Source: Terriglobia bacterium
Lineage (GTDB): Bacteria > Acidobacteriota > Terriglobia > 2-12-FULL-54-10
Length of the DNA: 64,000 nt
Assembly: GCA_963666975.2 (NCBI GenBank)
Contig: CAXVYR010000003.1
Coordinates: 384,001-448,000, forward strand
Direction of reading: 5' to 3'
Positions 37,847 to 47,830 of the stretch are shown here, in pieces. The position numbers and the translations under genes are program-made. The notes under the pieces are model-generated. The model made no database searches, was not told the DNA's origin, and worked only from the letters and a program-made list of their open reading frames with translations. Each line of letters starts with the position of its first letter. Positions within the stretch are counted from its first letter, which is position 1.

Positions 37847-40177
37847 CTAGAAGTCAAAGGAGTAGGTGAACTTGGCCTGGAGGGTGCGGTCCTTCTGGCC
37901 ACGCTGACTCCCCCCCACTCGGCGGCCTTCGTTGTAAATCAGGAAAAAATCGTCACCGGGTCGGAAGATGTAATTCAGGCGGAAATGGAGTCCTGCAAAA
38001 GATTTACTTTTGTCATACTGGAGGATAGTGCTGGTGAGCCATTGCTTGTTGAACGCATAATTGATGCCTGTATCCACGGTGTGGTTGGCGGAAGCTCCTC
38101 CGGGAAGCGTAAGATCACTGATCTTGTAGCTGACGTTAACCGAGAGGCTCTTATTCAACTTCAGCACTGGCGAAATAGACCATTTATACAAATCCCCCTC
38201 ATAGTAACCATAACTGTGAGTGAAGGACACGCTGCCCGCGAGCTTGCGTTTGCGAAACCCCTGGAATCGGACAGTATAACTGTTCCAAGCGTAGTCTCCT
38301 GCGGGAATCCGGATACCCTTAATCCTGGACCGTCTATCCACTCTGTCAAAAAAGCGCTGGAGCGGGACAATACGGAGAACGTCACCGCTCTGGAAGGTTA
38401 ATTGGAATTCGTAGTTGTCGATCCGTTCCGCCAGACGGTTCTTCTGGTTCACAAGGTAATCCCAACGCCCGGAGAATTTTATCTGGCGGATCCACCGGAT
38501 GCCAGGCCGAGGGCGGAATTCTAAAGAGGGAGTGAACCGGCGGATGTCTCTGCGACGGATATAGCCCAGGTCGTCCCGGAAATTCGGATCGATCGACAGA
38601 TATTCCATCCCCACCAGCAGAAAATCGCTGTCCCATTTCGCATTGGCGCTGGCTACCCAGTTCTCTTCCACTCCGCCGGGCTCAGCGGACTTGGCCAAGA
38701 AGCCGTCGATCGCGAAATGTTTACGGAAGACAAATTTGCCGTCCATCCCGTAAACGCGGTTGAAGTCGCTGCTTCCCGCTTTCTCACGGCTAACCAGAAA
38801 GGCCCCCACCGTGGATCGCGACAACACATCCCGTTTCACTCGCAGCACCCCGTAGTTGCTGGCGGGAATGCCTTCCGACGGCAGGCCCTCGGTCTGGATG
38901 TTCAACATTCCCAGCGTGAATCCCTGGAGCTTCCCGGCGATTCGCCCCCCGGCCGTAATAGGCACTGTGGCTCTTCTGCTGGGAGACAAACCGATCCGTC
39001 GACTGTGGAACAGCAGCAATTCGCGAGTTTTTCCCCGTTTCGCATTGCCGAACTGGAAGGCCCCTGCTCCTTCCTGGAAGAACTCTCTTTTTTCGGGAAA
39101 GAAATTCGGGAAACGGGTCAGGTTTATCTTTAAGCGATCTATTTCGCCCTCGATAAAATCGGTATTCCATGTTATGTCGGCGGTCAGGCTGGGCGTGATC
39201 CTGTATTTCATTACTTCCATCCCGAAGTCGGAGGCGTTGCGAAACTTGCTCCCGGACCGGTCAGACGATTGTGAAAATCCCCCCACCACAGAGGGCTTCA
39301 CCCGCAACCGCATCCCCATTTCGGTGTCTTCCAGCCCCTCCAGATGCCCGGCCTGGGAGACATGTTCCAGATTGAAGCCGCGCTCGAAACCGTTCCAATA
39401 CGTTAGCTCATTCTTTCGCCGGATAACTCGTTCCAGGTCTAACCCCCACCCTTGCTTGTCATTCCCACCCATCCGCAGGCTCTTGAACGGGATGGCAAAC
39501 TCCGCCGTCCAACCCTCCGGGCTCACCTGAGACGCCACATCCCACTTCTCGTCCCAGCTTTCGTTTACATTGTTCCCTTCGTCATTGTTCCCATCGTCGT
39601 TCGTTTCGTCGGTGCTCAGAGCGTCGATGTTTCCTTCATCGGTGCTCAGAGCCTCATTAGTCCCTTCGTCGGTGATCAGGGCGTCATATTGGGTGCCCAG
39701 GGGATTGGTCCGAAAGAGAAACGCATTGCGATGGTCGTGAAAGGTGTCGAGCACGATGGTGACAGTGTCGTCGCTTTCCAGCCTGTCGTCCCGCCGCTGC
39801 TCGGTGGCCAGTATCCGATCGGCACGGCGGTCGGAGGAGACGACTCCAATGTATAAGGTAGTCGCGTTGTAGAGGACGCGGAACTCGGTCTTTTCCGTCG
39901 AGGGTTCACCCTCGTTCGGGTCTTTTTGCACAAACCCCTGGGAAACCGGGGCCTTCTGCCAACTCGGTTCGTCGAGGGTTCCGTCTATGACCAACGGCGA
40001 TTCAGTCCGCGTCGCTGTGATGGTTTTTTCCCCGTGTGTTTCTGTTACGGTCCGCTCAGTGAACTGGGCGTGTCCGGACGAGGAAAGTAGTGCACAAAGC
40101 AGCGGAAGGGCCAACGGAAGAAGCCTGCTTTGCCGACGGAAGTTTTGCGCCACCACAACCTCACTCCCATCAAGCAA
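37847..40177 (-). CDS. CBM9-like plus DUF5916 outer-membrane beta-barrel protein
   Basis: Signal peptide, IDGTLDEPSW, LDTFHDHRNAF, WTAEFAIPF, FFPEKREFF, C-terminal aromatic YSFDF; start uncertain. Confidence 0.85.
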   Translation of the reverse strand: MLDGSEVVVAQNFRRQSRLLPLALPLLCALLSSSGHAQFTERTVTETHGEKTITATRTESPLVIDGTLDEPSWQKAPVSQGFVQKDPNEGEPSTEKTEFRVLYNATTLYIGVVSSDRRADRILATEQRRDDRLESDDTVTIVLDTFHDHRNAFLFRTNPLGTQYDALITDEGTNEALSTDEGNIDALSTDETNDDGNNDEGNNVNESWDEKWDVASQVSPEGWTAEFAIPFKSLRMGGNDKQGWGLDLERVIRRKNELTYWNGFERGFNLEHVSQAGHLEGLEDTEMGMRLRVKPSVVGGFSQSSDRSGSKFRNASDFGMEVMKYRITPSLTADITWNTDFIEGEIDRLKINLTRFPNFFPEKREFFQEGAGAFQFGNAKRGKTRELLLFHSRRIGLSPSRRATVPITAGGRIAGKLQGFTLGMLNIQTEGLPSEGIPASNYGVLRVKRDVLSRSTVGAFLVSREKAGSSDFNRVYGMDGKFVFRKHFAIDGFLAKSAEPGGVEENWVASANAKWDSDFLLVGMEYLSIDPNFRDDLGYIRRRDIRRFTPSLEFRPRPGIRWIRQIKFSGRWDYLVNQKNRLAERIDNYEFQLTFQSGDVLRIVPLQRFFDRVDRRSRIKGIRIPAGDYAWNSYTVRFQGFRKRKLAGSVSFTHSYGYYEGDLYKWSISPVLKLNKSLSVNVSYKISDLTLPGGASANHTVDTGINYAFNKQWLTSTILQYDKSKSFAGLHFRLNYIFRPGDDFFLIYNEGRRVGGSQRGQKDRTLQAKFTYSFDF

Positions 40178-40425
40178 ACATCACCTGCAAGGTGTATTTC
40201 TAACGGGAATTTCCGGTTTCAACTTCCCCTTTTGTGCATACGCCGTGATCAGTTCCTTCTGTGAGTAAATGAAGACCGCCTGCGGCGCAGCTGCGTCGGA
40301 CCTTCGTCGCTGGAACTTGCGCTTGAACGAGGCGGTATGCGCAGATTCTGCTCCTGACGGATGAGGGGAGTCAAGAGGAATACCAGATTCAGTAGGGAGT
40401 CGCACCTCTTATCAAGAATCAACGC

Positions 40426-41214
40426 TCAGGTCTTTTGCATGCGCTGGCGCAGGAACCGGGCCATCATCCAGTCGAGGAGCCGGGGAGACAATTCGTGCAG
40501 CCACACGAAGCACCAGTTGGACGCCGGCACGATGATTTCTCTGGACCCGCGCAGGGAAGCCCGCAAAATGGCACGGGCCACCCGTTCCGGGGAAATTCCT
40601 CCCGGGTGGAAACTTCGGAAATTGGGGTCCTTCAATGCGTTTTCGGGAAAAGGTGTACGGACTCGTCCTGGACAGACACTGATGACATGGATATGATCAC
40701 GCTTCAACTCCATGCGCAGGCCGTCGGAGAGGGCATTGAGAGCGAACTTGGTGCTGGAATAGGCTGTGATCCAGGGAATAACAACCTTGCCGACAACCGA
40801 GGAGACATTGATAATCTGGCCGCCACCCTGGCGCTGCATATAAGGAACGACGGCCTGAATGGCGCAGACGGGCCCCAGACAGTTTGTTGTGACCAGCTGA
40901 TTCAACTGCGCGAGTGGTGCTTTTACAATGCTGCCGTACATCCCAACCCCCGCGTTGTTGATGAGCATGTCGATTCGGCCGAATCGCTCAGCGCACCGGC
41001 GGACCATCTCCTGGACCTGGACGGGGTCGGTGATGTCGGTTTCAATCGCAATAGCCTGGGGACCCAGGGAGTCTGCCAGGGCTTGCAGCTTGTGGATGGC
41101 ACGGGACGCCAGCGCCAGGCTGGCTCCCTCAGCGGCGAAGAGCCGAGCGGTCGCGGCCCCGATGCCGCTGGAGGCGCCGGTAATGATGACAACTTTGTTT
41201 TCTAGTTTCCTCAA
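40426..41214 (-). CDS. Short-chain dehydrogenase/reductase
   Basis: TGASSGIG, INNAG, YSSTK. Confidence 0.95.
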   Translation of the reverse strand: MRKLENKVVIITGASSGIGAATARLFAAEGASLALASRAIHKLQALADSLGPQAIAIETDITDPVQVQEMVRRCAERFGRIDMLINNAGVGMYGSIVKAPLAQLNQLVTTNCLGPVCAIQAVVPYMQRQGGGQIINVSSVVGKVVIPWITAYSSTKFALNALSDGLRMELKRDHIHVISVCPGRVRTPFPENALKDPNFRSFHPGGISPERVARAILRASLRGSREIIVPASNWCFVWLHELSPRLLDWMMARFLRQRMQKT

Positions 41215-41289
41215 GGCATTTCTCCCTGCACATCAGATTTAGCGATATGCCAAGTTCTCCGCATTCCCGCCGCCGAGTATAATAGCTCC

Positions 41290-41952
41290 ATGGAGGAATT
41301 GCTGCTGCCGCTTTTTCCTTTGCAGGTGGTCCTGTTTCCGGAGACCATCCTGTTCTTGCACATCTTTGAAGACCGCTACAAACAGATGATCGGCGAATGT
41401 CTGGAAAATCAATGGGAGTTTGGAGTGGTGCTGGTTCGCGAAGAGTCGCTCGAAAACACCGGCTGTACCGCGTCGATCTCCGAGGTCGTCCGCAAATATG
41501 ACGAGGGGCAGATGGATATCCGCGTCCGTGGAGTCCGCCGTTTTGAGATTCTGCTCCTGAACCGGGAGAAAGCTTATCTTCGAGCGAGCTGCCAATTTGT
41601 TGGGGATGAGGAAGCGTCGGTGCTGGCGAATGGAACGGCTGCAGCGGAGGCGGAGGGAGAGGGTACGCGAAGGCGGGAAGCCATCCGTCTCTACAAGCAG
41701 GCGGTAGAAATGCTTCCACAGCATGAGCCTCTTGCTGCCGGGCAGCAGCCGAATTGGTCTGCTCCAGAGCTTTCCTTTCAGCTGATGTCGCGGTTGCCGG
41801 CTGACCTTGAGTGGAAGCAAGCTCTGTTGCAAATGCGCTCGGAAGAGCAGCGCCTGGCGGAGACGATTTCCTACCTGAAGAAGCTGCTGGGACATCTGAC
41901 CCGGGTCGCAAACACGCGCGCCAAAGCAGGCAGTAACGGGCACTGCCGCTAG
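41290..41952 (+). CDS. Lon N-terminal substrate-binding domain protein
   Basis: LPLFPLQVVLFP, LHIFEDRYKQMI, GVRRF; TATAAT 6 nt before the ATG. Confidence 0.9.
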   Translation: MEELLLPLFPLQVVLFPETILFLHIFEDRYKQMIGECLENQWEFGVVLVREESLENTGCTASISEVVRKYDEGQMDIRVRGVRRFEILLLNREKAYLRASCQFVGDEEASVLANGTAAAEAEGEGTRRREAIRLYKQAVEMLPQHEPLAAGQQPNWSAPELSFQLMSRLPADLEWKQALLQMRSEEQRLAETISYLKKLLGHLTRVANTRAKAGSNGHCR

Positions 41953-42017
41953 CCGGGCGGCTTCTGCTATAATGAATCCTCGCTGACGGGTGCAATCTTT
42001 TCGGGGTAAGCAAAACA

Positions 42018-43576
42018 ATGAAATCCAAGCCAAAAACTTTGGGAGAACTTCGCCAGAGCGAATTCTCGGAGGAGAACTACAAGCGCCGTTCGGTGAAGGA
42101 CGAGATGCGGCAGAATTTGATCTGCCACCTGGAGCAATCCGACGCTCTTTTTCCCGGAATCGTCGGATACGACGATACGGTGATTCCGCAGATTGTCAAC
42201 GCCGTCCTCTCTCGCCACAACTTCATCTTGCTGGGGCTGCGCGGGCAAGCCAAGAGCCGCATTCTGCGGGCCCTCGCTGGTTTGCTCGATGAGCAACTGC
42301 CTGTGCTGACGGGGTGTGAGATTAACGACAATCCCTATGCGCCTATCTGCCGTGCCTGCCGCTTGCTGCTGGACTGCCTGTGCTGACGGGGTGTGAGATT
42401 AACGACAATCCCTATGCGCCTATCTGCCGTGCCTGCCGCTTGCTGCTGGAAGAGAAAGGCGACGCTGCGCCGGTGGCTTTTCTTCCCCGGGAGTTTCGTT
42501 ATGTGGAGAAACTGGCTACTCCGGACGTAACCATCGCCGATATGATTGGGGACATCGATCCCATCAAAGCGGCGCGAGGCGGGCACCAGCTTTCCGATGA
42601 ATTGAACATTCACTTTGGCCTGCTTCCCAGGGCCAATCGCGGCATTTTTGCCATCAATGAGCTGCCGGACTTGGCCGGGAAAATTCAGGTGGGACTGTTC
42701 AACATCATGCAGGAAGGCGATGTCCAAATTAAGGGTTTCCCGATCCGTCTGCCTCTGGACGTGGCGCTGGTTTTTACGGCGAACCCGGAGGACTACACGG
42801 CGCGCGGAAAGATTATCACTCCTTTGAAAGACCGCATCGGCTCGGAGATTCGCACGCACTATCCGGCGGACTTGGAGGAAGGGATTGCAATCACGCAGCA
42901 GGAAGCGTGGCTGGCTCGCGACGGCCGGCGGCTGGTCGTGCCGGGGTTTATCCGCGAGGTGGTGGAGCAGATTGCTTTTCTGGCGCGCGCAGATAAAAAG
43001 ATTGACAAGCGGTCCGGGGTGAGCCAGCGCATGCCCATTACCTGCATAGAAAACGTGGCATCGAACGCCGAGCGGCGGGCGATTCGCAACAAAGAGGAGG
43101 TAGGAGTTCCGCGAATCATGGACTTGTATGGGGCATTGCCCGCAATGACCGGCAAATTTGAGTTGGAGTATGAGGGTGAGCTGAAAGGAGCCGACACTGT
43201 CGCAAAGGAACTGATTCGTGGCGCCATTGGAAAGGTTTTTAAGAAGCACTATGACAACGTGGACTTGCAGCAGGTTGTGCAATGGTTCGAGCTGGGAGGC
43301 TCTCTGAAACTTTCCGAGTCGATGCCGGCGGTGGAGGTGCTGGCAGCTTTGCGGAAGATTCAAGGCCTTGTGGATAAGACGGGGGCTCTCGGCATCCGTC
43401 CGAAAGATAAAAATAATGCGGCACTGGTAGTCTCAGCTGCTGAGTTCATCCTGGAGGGACTCTACGCGCAGCGGCGCATCAGCCGTTCCGAGGAGAGGGG
43501 TTTCATTGCAGGTGAAAGAAAGCAGACGCCCGCGCTTCAGGAAGAGTTCCGGCCTCACAGGCGGCCCTATAACTAG
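42018..43576 (+). pseudogene. Magnesium chelatase I-like AAA+ ATPase split by a 77-bp tandem duplication (probably intact in vivo)
   Basis: GLRGQAKS, EKLATPD, INELPDL, ANPEDYT; removing one copy of 42297-42373/42374-42450 joins the two ORFs. Confidence 0.85.
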
Positions 43577-43623
43577 AAATCGCGCGGGCCAGGGGGCGCA
43601 TTCGCTGGCGGGTTGAATCTCTG

Positions 43624-44883
43624 ATGAAATTTATTACCTACAAAAAATTCGAGGGCGGTGATTGGGATTCCATCGACATGGATGATCTGCTCAACCGGCT
43701 GGCTGATTTTCTCCTCCAAAGCGGATACCAATCGCAATTCTACGATTTTTACGAGATGGATGGGGACCGCACCCTGGACCAGTTGCGTCAGGCCATCCGG
43801 AATGCTTTGATGGAAGGCGATCTGTTTCCCGAGGACCAAATGCAGCAGATGATGGAGCAGTTGCAGAACATGTCCCCGGAGCAGCAGGAACAATTGGTCA
43901 ACCAGTTGATTGAACGCATGGAGCAGGAGGGCTATGTCAGCATTACAGAGCCGCCGGACCCCTCCATGCAGCAAGACCAGCCCCGTCGCGGGGAGGGTGG
44001 CTTGGGACCGGAGAGCCGCGCGCAGTTCGAGTTGACCGATAAAAGCCTGGATTTCCTGGGCTTCAAAACTCTTAAAGACCTGCTGGGCTCGCTCGGCAAG
44101 AGCAGCTTTGGGCGGCACGACACACGGGACTTGGCCACGGGAATTGAATCCTCCGGCGCATCCAAAAAGTATGAGTTTGGTGACAACCTGAATCTGGACA
44201 TCAGCGGGACGCTTTCTGCGGCGATCAAGCGGCAAGGGCTGAAGCTGCCTTTGGAGATTGACTATAACGATCTGCTCGTGCACCAGTCCGAATACCAAAG
44301 CTCCTGCGCGACCGTCCTGATGCTGGATTGCAGCCACAGCATGATTCTCTACGGAGAGGACCGCTTCACCCCAGCCAAGCGTGTGGCGCTGGCCCTGTCG
44401 CACTTAATTCGCGCCCAGTATCCCGGCGACACGCTGCACCTGATTCTGTTCCACGATTCCGCCGAAGAAGTGCCGCTGAGCCATCTGGCCCGCGTGCAGG
44501 TCGGACCCTATTACACCAACACGCGCGAGGGATTGCGCTTGGCGCAGCGCATCTTGTCACGGCAGCAGAAAGACATGCGGCAGATCATCATGATCACCGA
44601 CGGAAAACCATCGGCGCTGACCCTGGAAGACGGACGCATCTACAAGAACGCCTTCGGGCTCGACCCGCTCGTAGTCAGCAAAACGCTCGAGGAAGTGTCG
44701 AAGTGCAAGCGGGCCGGCATTCTGATTAACACCTTCATGCTGGCCAGCGACTACGGCCTGGTGCAATTCGTTCAGAAGGTGACGGAACTATGCCGCGGGA
44801 AGGCCTATTTCACCACTCCCTACAACCTGGGACAGTATCTGCTGATGGACTACATGCAGAATAAGACCCGGACCATCCACTAA
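43624..44883 (+). CDS. VWA-domain protein partnered with the AAA+ ATPase
   Basis: [23 protein letters not shown]. Confidence 0.9.
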   Translation: MKFITYKKFEGGDWDSIDMDDLLNRLADFLLQSGYQSQFYDFYEMDGDRTLDQLRQAIRNALMEGDLFPEDQMQQMMEQLQNMSPEQQEQLVNQLIERMEQEGYVSITEPPDPSMQQDQPRRGEGGLGPESRAQFELTDKSLDFLGFKTLKDLLGSLGKSSFGRHDTRDLATGIESSGASKKYEFGDNLNLDISGTLSAAIKRQGLKLPLEIDYNDLLVHQSEYQSSCATVLMLDCSHSMILYGEDRFTPAKRVALALSHLIRAQYPGDTLHLILFHDSAEEVPLSHLARVQVGPYYTNTREGLRLAQRILSRQQKDMRQIIMITDGKPSALTLEDGRIYKNAFGLDPLVVSKTLEEVSKCKRAGILINTFMLASDYGLVQFVQKVTELCRGKAYFTTPYNLGQYLLMDYMQNKTRTIH

Positions 44884-44940
44884 GTAGCGACAGGCCTCCA
44901 GGCCTGTACAACAACGACAGGCGTGGACGCCTGTCGCTAC
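44884..44940. repeat. GTAG-type REP doublet / hairpin after the VWA gene
   Basis: GTAGCGACAGGC...GCCTGT...ACAGGC...GCCTGTCGCTAC. Confidence 0.75.
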
Positions 44941-44949
44941 TTGATGCTT

Positions 44950-44968
44950 TGATGTATAATATACATCA
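44950..44968 (+). promoter_or_regulatory. Palindromic operator overlapping the -10 box of the TA remnant
   Basis: TGATGTATA-A-TATACATCA perfect palindrome containing TATAAT 7 nt before the ATG at 44968. Confidence 0.7.
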
Positions 44969-45120
44969 TGAAACGCACACAGCTATATTTGGACGAGGCC
45001 ATCTGGAAGGCGGCTCAGGAGAATCGCGTCTTGAAGGCTGTTCTGGTGGACTCGGATATCTTGATTGTAGTTTCGCGCACCCGCAACAATGCTACCAGAA
45101 GCTGTCAGAAGATTTTGTGA
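44968..45120 (+). pseudogene. Collapsed vapBC-type remnant (RHH antitoxin start fused to PIN toxin start)
   Basis: Translates as MKRTQLYLDEAIWKA (RHH N-terminus) then KAVLVDSDILI (PIN N-terminus), stop after 50 aa. Confidence 0.65.
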
Positions 45121-46912
45121 AGTCCCTACATTTGGGACAGCAGATTACAACCTTTGGCTTACCCAGAATGACTTTCTCTCCTTCCTCCGTGAACAGGCGC
45201 AGGACGAAGAGGCCATTCTCTACGCAGGCGCGCCGCACACCTTCATCCATGGTGTATTGGTTCCTGCTGACGCCCTAGAACCACTAGACATCGATGATTT
45301 ATTGAATTGGAATGATTGCGCTCCATTTGGGTCCTGGAGTGTAGCATACACGTTTCCCCACAGCGGACTTCCGTCTAAAGTTTCGATTACTCCGCCTCTG
45401 GACCACACTAGCTCCAAGACGCTCGACAAAGGGGAACAGCTTGTTTTTTACAGACAGTTTGACGGGCGAAATGAAGATCAGTGCTATTTTGAGATAGAGA
45501 CCAAGCTCGCCCACATCCACAATCTCCACTATGTACCTGAACGAAAGGCATTTTGCCGGTTCAACGAAGAGGGAGACATCGAAGACATCATCCGCATCGT
45601 GTGCCTGAGCAACCACAGCCGGGATGTTGGTACAGTTGTCACCATACGAAGAGAGGTGCTCGATTTGCACCTGGCTTTGACAAATGCCGCGCTCGTGCAG
45701 GTTTTCGACTCGACGCGATGTGATCCGTACAATTTTGGTGGCTGGAATGGCCATTCGGAGGAGGTGGTTAAAGCTACAGAACGTGGGTGAACAGCTCTTT
45801 TATCGAATGGGAATCAAACCACGTGTTGGAAGCTACGTTAGGGGATTTCAAATTCTGACGCACACTCAACCCCGCGAGGAATCGCTAAAGAGGATCGTGG
45901 GTGTTAGTGAACCCGCGAAAAAGGAGTACAGATGCGAGTGAACATTCATTACCTACGATTGGAAAAATAAGGTCATCTGTGAGGTGTCTTGTGATCCAAA
46001 GTGTCTCTCTAGCTACTTCAAGGATCCGTTTGCCGCGATCAACGTAGAACGCGCCCGCTTCCGGAACGATCTCGTCGAGGATGTTGACATCGTGTCGATT
46101 TGCCGTTTCAAACTACACCAGCATTCTTCAATCCCCAAGTCCTTATAAAATACAAGAACGATCCAGACAAACACCGACTCGGTCATCGTTCAATTTCATG
46201 CCGGAACGCTTGGCATCTGCAAACTTACGACATCAACAAAGCGGGCCAAGTGCACACATATCTCATTTATCTGAGCAGACTTCCGTACAAAGAACAACTG
46301 TACTGGAAATCGTTCAACGAACAACCAAAAGGGTCCCCGGAAGGACCAATAGGCCCGATTTCAAAGAGGGCGTTCACGACCGATTTCCTGGGTAAATGGG
46401 ACGAATCACCAGACCCTCTACGTGACCTCAAGAGAAAGTTGAATGAGCTAAGAGAAGGGGACGCAAAATGGTGGATGATGACATCTCCTCAGCTAATTGA
46501 ACAGGTCCACTACCCCGTGACCGACTCGGCGAAGGAATGGGCCGATGAATTACTGGCGCTTGATCAGCTCCTAGTCGAAGGCTTAAAGCACAACTACTTT
46601 AAGACCAAACTTGAGAACATGGGATCGAAGCCAGATTCTGAGTGGCGGTCAATTAAGTTGATCGAAGAATGCTTAAAGGCATCACACATGGACGAGCTCC
46701 AGGCCGACGCTATCCTTGAACCATTGCGGGAGCTGCACCGTCTTCGAACGAAAATGAGAGGACACGCCGCTTCAGAACAAGAAAAAGGGCGGATTCGCAC
46801 ACAACTCATTAGGAAGCACGGAAGTCTGAAGCAGCACTTCCGAAGCTTGACGGAAGATTGTCACAAAGCCGTAAAACTGCTTTCGGGCATGGTTGAAAAA
46901 GGTACTCTTTGA
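45089..46912 (+). pseudogene. Fragmented ~570-aa hypothetical protein, lower GC
   Basis: Co-oriented fragments 45089-45790, ~45785-45941, ~45945-46030 and 46100-46912 read as one protein with frameshifts. Confidence 0.65.
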
Positions 46913-46914
46913 AA

Positions 46915-47223
46915 TTACGCGGCCGTACCTTTAGCGGCTTGCTCCAGCAGTTCGTGGATGAGGGTTTGGTAGGGCTTGGATTGCTTGGCAGCGAGGCGGC
47001 GGAGTTGGGTCAGCAGCCGTGGGTCAATGCGAATGGCGATGAGCTGCTTGGCACGCCCCGTCCTGGGCCGTCCGACGCGACGGGCACGCTGTAGTTCTTT
47101 ATCGGTCGATTCCGGAATATCGGAGAAGTCAATTTGACTGTCTGGGCGGCTATCCTGCATATGCTTTCCGCTCTTTGCGGCTCGCTTGCCGGGCGCTGAT
47201 GATACGAATTGTTTTCGTGCCAT
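46915..47223 (-). CDS. brnA: BrnA-family antitoxin
   Basis: IDFSDIPE, GRP, KQLIAIRID, PYQTLIHELL; true start may be 47160. Confidence 0.85.
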   Translation of the reverse strand: MARKQFVSSAPGKRAAKSGKHMQDSRPDSQIDFSDIPESTDKELQRARRVGRPRTGRAKQLIAIRIDPRLLTQLRRLAAKQSKPYQTLIHELLEQAAKGTAA

Positions 47224-47245
47224 TTCCGAACCTCCGCGTAGTTCT
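47150..47245 (-). pseudogene. C-terminal fragment of BrnT toxin
   Basis: Manual translation ...TKTIRIISARQASRKERKAYAG*; upstream part replaced by the element at 47258. Confidence 0.75.
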
Positions 47246-47257
47246 TCAAGGCCTTGC

Positions 47258-47397
47258 GAGTCTGTGTGAAAACTACGGAGAAGGCAAAGCCATCAGAGCC
47301 GCGCGCGTGAGCAAGCGGTCAAACACGTTCGAGAATTCACCGTGCGCTTGGGACCGCTCCATTACTGTCGCGGCTCGGATGGTTTTCTCACAGACCC
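47258..47397. mobile_element. 140-bp element (shell C) enclosing a REP doublet
   Basis: Terminal IR GAGTCTGTGTGAAAAC / GTTTTCTCACAGACCC; inner GAGCCGCGCGCGTGAGCAAGCGG...CCGCTCCATTACTGTCGCGGCTC. Confidence 0.8.
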
Positions 47398-47674
47398 TTA
47401 CGGGTGTCCCAGGAGAACATATTAGTGTATATACGCTAATTGGGTGAAGATGTCAATATCCTCCCTGCAAGGCGGAAGCAAGCAGCCGGAGCGGTTCCGA
47501 TTAGGAAAGCGCCTCTTCCTCTAATTTTTTCTTGTGTTTCGGCGACTTCCGGCGGCGGTCCTCCACGCGCCTGGAGGGAGGCGGGACGCCGAGCGCAGCG
47601 CGGGCTCGTCTGCGGACTTCCTTCGTTGCGCTGAATTTTTTCGTTTTTTTGCGGGGCATTGGCGACTGGACCGA

Positions 47675-47772
47675 TGGCGGAAGCGTATGGGAATCGAACC
47701 CATCGCCCCCCTCGAAAGAGAAGGACCACTGGATTTGAAGTCCAGGCCAGTCACCAGACCAGATTCGCTTCC
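47675..47772 (-). tRNA. selC: tRNA-Sec (UCA)
   Basis: GGAAGCG acceptor stem, 6-bp D-stem with 4-nt loop, CTGGA-CTTCAAA-TCCAG anticodon arm, 9-bp variable stem, ATGGG-TTCGATT-CCCAT T-arm, G73 and encoded CCA. Confidence 0.95.
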
Positions 47773-47830
47773 GCTAGCGATTTTAGCACGCGGAATGCGC
47801 TTCGACCAACGGCAAGCGCCGGTGACGAAG

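Noticed and set aside
42297-42450. 77-bp exact tandem duplication splitting the AAA+ ATPase, considered as programmed gene splitting
   Set aside because: Perfect identity and a length equal to a common assembler k-mer (77) favour a join artefact; needs read mapping.
45788-45790. TGA near selC considered as a selenocysteine codon
   Set aside because: The protein-like sequence continues in a different frame; no redox motif or evident SECIS.
47471-47479. GGCGGAAGC matching the tRNA-Sec 3' end, considered as an att site
   Set aside because: Only 9 bp in GC-rich DNA, ~200 bp from the tRNA, and no integrase nearby.
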